The translations under genes and the position numbers were made by a program. 44,399 nt of DNA. Source: a virus. The DNA lies in IMG/VR virus record IMGVR_UViG_3300015190_000001, positions 1 to 44,399 of that record. One strand, written 5' to 3'. The notes beneath the pieces are model-generated. The model did not search any database, was not told the DNA's origin, and saw only the letters and a list, made by a program, of their open reading frames with translations. Each line of letters starts with the position of its first letter. Position 1 is the stretch's first letter. Shown piece by piece: positions 39,510 to 44,399 of the stretch.

Positions 39510-41147
39510 GTGAGCGATCTCACGCAGTTCCACATCCAGCGTCTCGGGACGCTTCGTACCGACCGCGCGAACTGGAACTCCCAATGGGAGGAGGCGGCCG
39601 ACCGGGTGATCCCGGCGCACCGTTATTCCTTCACCGGCCCGCTCGCGCAGCGCCAGGAGGGTCAGAAGAAGACCGAGCTCCAGTTCGACTCGACGGCCGC
39701 GCTCGCCGCGCAGAAGTTCATGTCCGTGATCGAGTCGATCGCAACACCGCAAGGCTCGGTGTGGGCGCAGTTGAAGCCCCTCGACGCGGTGCTCCGTCGA
39801 AACCGCGCTGTCCGCATGTTCTTCGATCAACTCGCCGAGACGCTGCACAACTATCGCTACCACCCGGTCGCGAACTTCGTCGGCAACAGCCAGCAGACCT
39901 ACCTCTCGCTCGGGGTGTACGGCAACGGCATCCTGTTCATCGACAAGCCTGAGAAGACGCACGGCCTGCGCTACCGGAACATCCACCTTGGCGAAGCGTA
40001 TTTCGTCGAGAACCACGCGAACATCGTCGACACGCTCTATCGCGTGTTCCCGATGACAGCGCGCCAGATCGTCGACAAGTACAGCGAGCGCGGCGACACC
40101 GTGCCCGAGGCCGTTCAGGAGATGGCGAAGAACGCGCAGCAGATGGACAAGAAGCACGACGTCCTGCACTGCGTCTATCCGCGCGCGGACTACGACCCGC
40201 GGCGCATGGACCCGAAGGGTAAAAAGTTTGCCTCGGTTCACATTTTCATCGAGTCGCAGGATCTCCTGCGCGAGTCTGGCTACGACGGCTTCCCCTACGC
40301 GGTGACGCGCTACACCCAGGCGAGCGGTGAAGTGTACGGCCGCGGCCCGGCGCAGTTCGTGCTGCCGGCGATCAAGGTGCTGAACGAGCAGAAGAAGACG
40401 GCGCTGAAGCAGGGCCATCGCATCGTCGACCCGGTGCTGCTTGCGCACGATGACGGCAACCTCGGCAGCTTCAGCCTGAAGGCCGGGTCGTTGAATGCCG
40501 GCGGCATCAGCAAGGACGGCAAGAAGCTGATCGACGTCCTGCCGACCGGCAATCTTGCCGTGAACGACAAGATGATGGACATGGAGAAGACGGTCATCAA
40601 CGACGCCTTCCTCATCAGCTTGTTCCAGATCCTCGTCGACACCCCGACGATGACGGCGACGGAGGTGCTCGAGCGCGCCAAGGAAAAAGGCATGCTGCTC
40701 GCGCCAACCTCCGGGCGCATGTCCTCGGAGTTCCTTGGGCCGATGATCGAGCGCGAGATCAGTCTTCTCGCCGCGCAGGGCCGACTGCCGAAGATGCCGC
40801 AGATTTTGATCGACGCTGCGATCGAGTATCGCATCGTGTACGACAACCCGCTCTCTCGGATGGCGCGCTCCGAGAAAGCGGCAGGTTTCATGCGTGCACT
40901 GTCAGTGGCCGCCGAGTATTCAAAAATGACGGGCGACGTCGAGCCGTTGGACTGGTTCGATTTCGATGAGGCCATGCCGGAAATTCTGGACATCCAAGGA
41001 GCTCCGACCTCGTGGACGCGCACCCTCGAGGATGTCCAGGCTCGTCGCGGCTCCCGCTCTCAAACCGCACAGACGCAGCAGATGGTCGAAGCGGCGCCAG
41101 CAATGGCCGCCGTTGCCAAGTCAATGCCGAAAGGTGCTCCCGCCTGA
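39510..41147 (+). CDS. Portal (head-to-tail connector, T7 gp8-like)
   Basis: 545 aa with the size and N-terminal pattern of podovirus connector proteins. It lies between terL and the scaffold gene. Confidence 0.75.
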   Translation: MSDLTQFHIQRLGTLRTDRANWNSQWEEAADRVIPAHRYSFTGPLAQRQEGQKKTELQFDSTAALAAQKFMSVIESIATPQGSVWAQLKPLDAVLRRNRAVRMFFDQLAETLHNYRYHPVANFVGNSQQTYLSLGVYGNGILFIDKPEKTHGLRYRNIHLGEAYFVENHANIVDTLYRVFPMTARQIVDKYSERGDTVPEAVQEMAKNAQQMDKKHDVLHCVYPRADYDPRRMDPKGKKFASVHIFIESQDLLRESGYDGFPYAVTRYTQASGEVYGRGPAQFVLPAIKVLNEQKKTALKQGHRIVDPVLLAHDDGNLGSFSLKAGSLNAGGISKDGKKLIDVLPTGNLAVNDKMMDMEKTVINDAFLISLFQILVDTPTMTATEVLERAKEKGMLLAPTSGRMSSEFLGPMIEREISLLAAQGRLPKMPQILIDAAIEYRIVYDNPLSRMARSEKAAGFMRALSVAAEYSKMTGDVEPLDWFDFDEAMPEILDIQGAPTSWTRTLEDVQARRGSRSQTAQTQQMVEAAPAMAAVAKSMPKGAPA

Positions 41148-41680
41148 AACTAAACATTGGTTGTGGCGGGCGCAAGCTCGACGGCTGGATCAACGTAGAC
41201 GCGCAGGCGATGGAAGACCCGGACGTGGTTGCCGATCTGACAGCACCCTGGCCGTGGCCGAATGACTCGGTTGACGAAGTGGAGGCTTCGCACGTCATGG
41301 AGCACATCGCCCCAGGCGAGCCGTTCTTCCACTTCATGCGCGAGCTCTATCGCGTGTGTAAGTCCGGGGCGAAGGTGAACGTGACGCTGCCGCATCCGTC
41401 ACATGACATCTTTCTTAATGATCCGACGCACATGCAGGCGATCATGCCAGGCACGCTGGCGATGTTCTCGAAGCGATATGTTGAAGCGCTGGCGGCGAAA
41501 GGCGACAAGCTCACGCCGTTCTACAAATACCTCGGGGTGGACTTCGACATCAAGACGGTGCGCTATACGTTCGACCCGTCGATCGACAAGAACGATCCCG
41601 AGATCGAGTGGAAGGCGAAGCATCTGCGTAACGTGGTCTTTCAATGGAGCACGACCTTGACGGTCGTGAAGCCAGCCTGA
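41144..41680 (+). CDS. Class I SAM-dependent methyltransferase (Methyltransf_11/23-like); probable non-canonical CTG start
   Basis: (L)KLNIGCGGRKLDGWINVD....VVADL...WPWPNDSVDEVEASHVMEHI......FMRELYRVCKSGAKVNVTLPH. The only canonical upstream start (GTG 41012) adds 44 Arg/Ser/Gly-rich residues inside the portal gene. CTG 41144 overlaps the portal TGA and has AAGGTG 7 nt upstream. Confidence 0.7.
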   Translation: MKLNIGCGGRKLDGWINVDAQAMEDPDVVADLTAPWPWPNDSVDEVEASHVMEHIAPGEPFFHFMRELYRVCKSGAKVNVTLPHPSHDIFLNDPTHMQAIMPGTLAMFSKRYVEALAAKGDKLTPFYKYLGVDFDIKTVRYTFDPSIDKNDPEIEWKAKHLRNVVFQWSTTLTVVKPA

Positions 41681-41937
41681 ACGAACTATTCGAGAAAGCG
41701 CGCCGGTTTCTGCAACGACGCCGCTACGCATATCAGCAGACGTTCAAGGGACCGCTCGCGGAGATCGTGCTGCGCGACCTCGCGCAGTTCGGCATGGCCG
41801 GCGAGTCGACCTTCCACGACAACGAGCGTGTGCAGTCGAAGCTCGATGGCCGGCGCGAGATGTGGCTGCGTATTGCGCACCACTTGAAGCTGACCGACGA
41901 CCAGCTTTGGGCGCTCTACGACGGAAGGGACGTCTGA
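41644..41937 (+). CDS. Conserved hypothetical protein
   Basis: 97 aa. ..LFEKARRFLQRRRYAYQQTF....VLRDLAQF.........DGRREMWLRIAHHLKLTDDQLW is a pattern recalled from other podophage/prophage head modules. Confidence 0.5.
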   Translation: MEHDLDGREASLNELFEKARRFLQRRRYAYQQTFKGPLAEIVLRDLAQFGMAGESTFHDNERVQSKLDGRREMWLRIAHHLKLTDDQLWALYDGRDV

Positions 41938-42950
41938 TGTACCGCGAGGGACAAGTCGTAACGACCGACGTCCACAATTTCGTGATGAACAACGCCGCGC
42001 TCGGCGACATGATCTCGTCCTTGCCCGCGGTCGTCTTCGCGCGCAAGTTCTATCCCACCGAGCCGATCATGCGCGTGTGGGTGCCACCGTGGCACATCGC
42101 GCTCGTCGAGCACCTTCTGGCTCCATACGGCGCCTTCCAGGTTCGCGATCTGCTGAAGTTTCCGCAGAAGCAATCGGAGCGCGAAGGCTGGCGCGGCCCT
42201 GACGGCGAGGACAAGGACCAGGCGATGTCCTACAACGGACTCGTGTACGACCAGCACACGCGCTGCCGCGTTCACATGGTCGACTACGCCTTCGGCACCC
42301 TCATCAATGCGCGCCCCGAGACGATGGAGGAGCGCTGCTACCCGACGAAGGCGTCGCTCGGCCCGCGGGTGATCGAGGAGGAGTACGTCGTTTTCCCCGT
42401 CGGAGCGACGAGCGACAACAAGCTCTTTCGCGCTTCCGTCATGGGACCGATCATGCGCTGGTGCCAGTCGCACGGCTACAGCGTCGTCATCACCGGCACG
42501 AAGACGAGCCACACGCAGACCAAAGTGGACGGCGCGCTGAAGGCGATCGTGATGCGCGAGCAGACCGACATGCTGCCGGCGGACGTCTTCACGTCCGTCA
42601 AGGACTGGCGCGAGAAGACGACGCTCCTCGAGTTGCGCGATCTTCTCGGGCACGCTGCCGCGGTAGTTGGTGTCGACGGCGGCACGCTGCACCTGGCCGG
42701 GACGACGGACGTGCCGATCGTCTTCGCGAGCGGCACGACGCTGCCCAAGCACCGCTACATCCCGCGCCACGGCAGCCACGAGTTCCGCGCCCGCTACGTC
42801 GGGCCGCGCAACCTTGAGTGCGCTGGCTGCCAGTCGAACTGGCCGATGACGACCCTGCATTTTACGAAGTGCGTGTACGGCGACAACGCGTGCATGGAGC
42901 TTCTGCACCCCGACGATTTCACAAACGGTCTGAGAGAACTCGGACTGTAA
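41937..42950 (+). CDS. Glycosyltransferase family 9 (heptosyltransferase)-like protein with C-terminal four-Cys cluster
   Basis: 337 aa from ATG 41937 (TGATG overlap). The N-terminus has ..LGDMISSLPAVVFARKFYP.. The C-terminus has ..TTLLELRDLLGHAAAVVGVDGGTLHLAGTTDVPIVFASGTT.., the GT9 nucleotide-sugar-binding signature. It ends with ECAGCQ....(X)..KCVYGDNAC. Confidence 0.65.
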   Translation: MYREGQVVTTDVHNFVMNNAALGDMISSLPAVVFARKFYPTEPIMRVWVPPWHIALVEHLLAPYGAFQVRDLLKFPQKQSEREGWRGPDGEDKDQAMSYNGLVYDQHTRCRVHMVDYAFGTLINARPETMEERCYPTKASLGPRVIEEEYVVFPVGATSDNKLFRASVMGPIMRWCQSHGYSVVITGTKTSHTQTKVDGALKAIVMREQTDMLPADVFTSVKDWREKTTLLELRDLLGHAAAVVGVDGGTLHLAGTTDVPIVFASGTTLPKHRYIPRHGSHEFRARYVGPRNLECAGCQSNWPMTTLHFTKCVYGDNACMELLHPDDFTNGLRELGL

Positions 42951-42975
42951 CTACGGCCCCTTGAAAGGATAAGCC

Positions 42976-43830
42976 ATGACGACTGCTGCACCAGCACCCG
43001 CCGCTCCAGCCGCAACCCCTGCCGCGCCCGCTGCCGCACCGGCCGCTGCTCCGGCGGCGAACGCCCCCTGGCACGGCTTCACCGAGCCTGCCGACGTGCA
43101 GTACATCGAGAACAAGGGTTGGAAGGCACCAACAGACGTCATCAACGGCTACCGCGGCGCCGAGAAGCTGATCGGCCGCGACCCGTCGACCCTGCTCGTC
43201 ATGCCGCGCGCCGACGATCCGGCTGGCTTCCTGCAAGTGATGGACAAGCTCGGGCGCCCGGCGTCGCCTGACAAGTACGAGTTCGCGAAGCCAGATAGCG
43301 GCATGGCGCTCGATGATGGCTACGTGAATTGGGCGCGCGGCACCTTCCACGAGCTCGGCCTGCCGGCGCAGACCGTGAAGGCGCTCACCGGCAAGCACAA
43401 TGAGTACATCAAGGGCGTGATGGCGAAGCAGGAAGCTGACTACAGGCTCTCCGTCGACACCGACAAGAAAGCGCTTCTCGGCGAATGGCGTGACGGCCAC
43501 GAGCGCAAGATGAACGCGGCCTCCGCTGCGGCGAAGGGACTCGGCTTCACGCCCGAGATGATCGACTCGATCGAGCGCACGGTCGGCTACGCCGGCACCT
43601 GGAAGTTCTTCGCGGATCTCGGCACGCGCATGGGCGAGGACAACTTCGTCGCCGCCGGCGACAAGACCCGCAGCTTCGGCGGCGTCACGCCGGAAGAAGC
43701 GAAGAAGCAATGGGATGCGATGAAGATCGACCCGGTGGCGACGGCCGCGCTGAAGGACACGCAGCACCCGGGCCATGAGGCGGCGAAGAAGAAACAGTCC
43801 GATCTGTTCAAGATCATGTATCCGGCGTGA
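42976..43830 (+). CDS. Scaffolding protein
   Basis: 284 aa with an Ala/Pro-rich N-terminus and a helical, charged body. It lies immediately upstream of the capsid gene. Confidence 0.65.
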   Translation: MTTAAPAPAAPAATPAAPAAAPAAAPAANAPWHGFTEPADVQYIENKGWKAPTDVINGYRGAEKLIGRDPSTLLVMPRADDPAGFLQVMDKLGRPASPDKYEFAKPDSGMALDDGYVNWARGTFHELGLPAQTVKALTGKHNEYIKGVMAKQEADYRLSVDTDKKALLGEWRDGHERKMNAASAAAKGLGFTPEMIDSIERTVGYAGTWKFFADLGTRMGEDNFVAAGDKTRSFGGVTPEEAKKQWDAMKIDPVATAALKDTQHPGHEAAKKKQSDLFKIMYPA

Positions 43831-44018
43831 GGCCGACCGCCGCGGTGACGCAGAAGGAGCCTCTCGATGCGGTGCAGGTTCGCCTGCGCTGCGTCGAGGC
43901 GGTGGCGTGGTCCGGTGTTTCCGGCGCGCACAAGGACGGCCACGTCGCGGGGATTCTTGATGCGGCGCAAAAACTTGCTGACTGGGTGCTTGAAGGGAAG
44001 AAGAAACAGGAGCGGTAG
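43827..44018 (+). CDS. Hypothetical small protein
   Basis: 63 aa, overlapping stop/start with the scaffold gene. Confidence 0.4.
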   Translation: MRPTAAVTQKEPLDAVQVRLRCVEAVAWSGVSGAHKDGHVAGILDAAQKLADWVLEGKKKQER

Positions 44019-44020
44019 CG

Positions 44021-44066
44021 CCTAGCTATTAGGAAGCACCTAGCGATAGGAAAAGTGTGGTATACT
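44021..44066 (+). promoter_or_regulatory. Possible internal promoter before the capsid gene: two CCTAGC-N-TAGG mini-palindromes plus an extended -10 (TGgTATACT)
   Basis: cctagctattagg (44021-33), cctagcgatagg (44039-50), and TG at 44058-59 followed by TATACT at 44061-66. No good -35. Confidence 0.35.
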
Positions 44067-44153
44067 AGAAGTTGTGGTAGGCACGACGGACAAGGCTGCA
44101 TCTAGCCCCCGTCAAGTAGCAGCCGACCGCAAGCGGCCCCCGAAAGGGATAAG

Positions 44154-44190
44154 CCAGGCGGCACCAGCCGATCGGTGCAACTGGGTTTTT
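44154..44190 (+). other. Structured element in the capsid leader (interrupted hairpin followed by GTTTTT)
   Basis: ccag-gcg-gcacc-agccgatc-ggtgc-aa-ctgg then gttttt, located 24 nt before the capsid ATG. Confidence 0.4.
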
Positions 44191-44213
44191 CCTGACAATT
44201 TTCGGAGGCTGAA

Positions 44214-44399
44214 ATGCCCGCCGCAATCACCACCGCATCAGTACAACAGTACAAGGCGAACGTCGAGCTCCTGCTCCAGCAGGAAGGCTCGCGACTCTCC
44301 AGCGCCGTCACCGTAGGCTCCCACGTCGGCAAGGCCGCGTCCGTGGTCGAGCAGTTCGGTTCGGCCACCGCGCAACTCAAGACCGGCCGGCACGCGGAC
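44214..44399 (+). CDS. Major capsid protein, N-terminal part (continues at window position 2)
   Basis: ATG 44214 follows RBS GGAGG (44204-08). MPAAITTASVQQYKANVELLLQQEGSRLSS... continues in frame into the overlap. Confidence 0.8.
   Translation, partial: MPAAITTASVQQYKANVELLLQQEGSRLSSAVTVGSHVGKAASVVEQFGSATAQLKTGRHAD
44273..44399. repeat. Terminal overlap copy 2 (identical to 1-127)
   Basis: Direct comparison of the two window ends. Confidence 0.9.

Larger units (their letters stand above)
1..44399. mobile_element. Complete temperate phage genome (circularly closed; T7-like virion module plus lambdoid control, integrase and attP)
   Basis: Full set of phage modules (terminase, portal, scaffold, capsid, tail, lysis, immunity, replication, int/xis/attP). 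The window ends overlap by 127 bp. Confidence 0.9.

Overview
This window is a complete, circularly closed genome of a GC-rich temperate podovirus-like phage. Bases 1-127 are identical to 44273-44399, giving a unit length of 44,272 bp, and the major capsid gene is split across the window junction. The architecture is mosaic. (i) A long + strand late operon runs from about 35.6 kb, around the junction, to about 19.2 kb. It holds terS, terL, portal, scaffold, capsid, T7-like tail tubular proteins A and B, internal virion proteins in the gp13-16 positions, two fibre/spike genes, and a lysis cassette (M15 endolysin, holin, nested Rz/Rz1). (ii) A lambdoid immunity region sits at 30.85-31.65 kb. It has an XRE-type repressor without a peptidase domain and a divergent Cro-like gene. 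Two near-identical early promoters each carry a TACAC-N5-GTGTA operator in the spacer and lie almost directly against the first ATG. (iii) A rightward replication/recombination/late-control operon holds DUF1376, a primase-type zinc finger, a DnaB-like helicase, NinB, a PD-(D/E)XK resolvase-like nuclease and a Q-like regulator. (iv) A long leftward early operon (30.8 to 20.2 kb) encodes an SSB-like protein, a RecB/Cas4-like exonuclease, two HNH nucleases, two N6-adenine methyltransferases, many small ORFs, and xis and int. (v) attP is next to int and carries the 3' part of a tRNA-Leu(UAA). A minus-strand outer-membrane beta-barrel moron lies beside it. No phage RNA or DNA polymerase, reverse transcriptase or CRISPR array is visible. 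Six items merit most follow-up. First, a late-expressed SAM-methyltransferase / conserved ORF / GT9 heptosyltransferase-like cassette is wedged between portal and scaffold. Second, a post-lysis pair combines an HExxH mini-protein with an HTH-fused metallophosphoesterase. Third, there are stand-alone LexA-DBD and ClpX-zinc-finger mini-proteins. Fourth, a C10 tract follows the lipobox of a late lipoprotein gene. Fifth, a (AACCAAG)4 array sits in the replication gene. Sixth, a repeat- and G-rich 400-bp gap separates terS from terL. All functional calls rest on motif recognition by eye. No database search was run.
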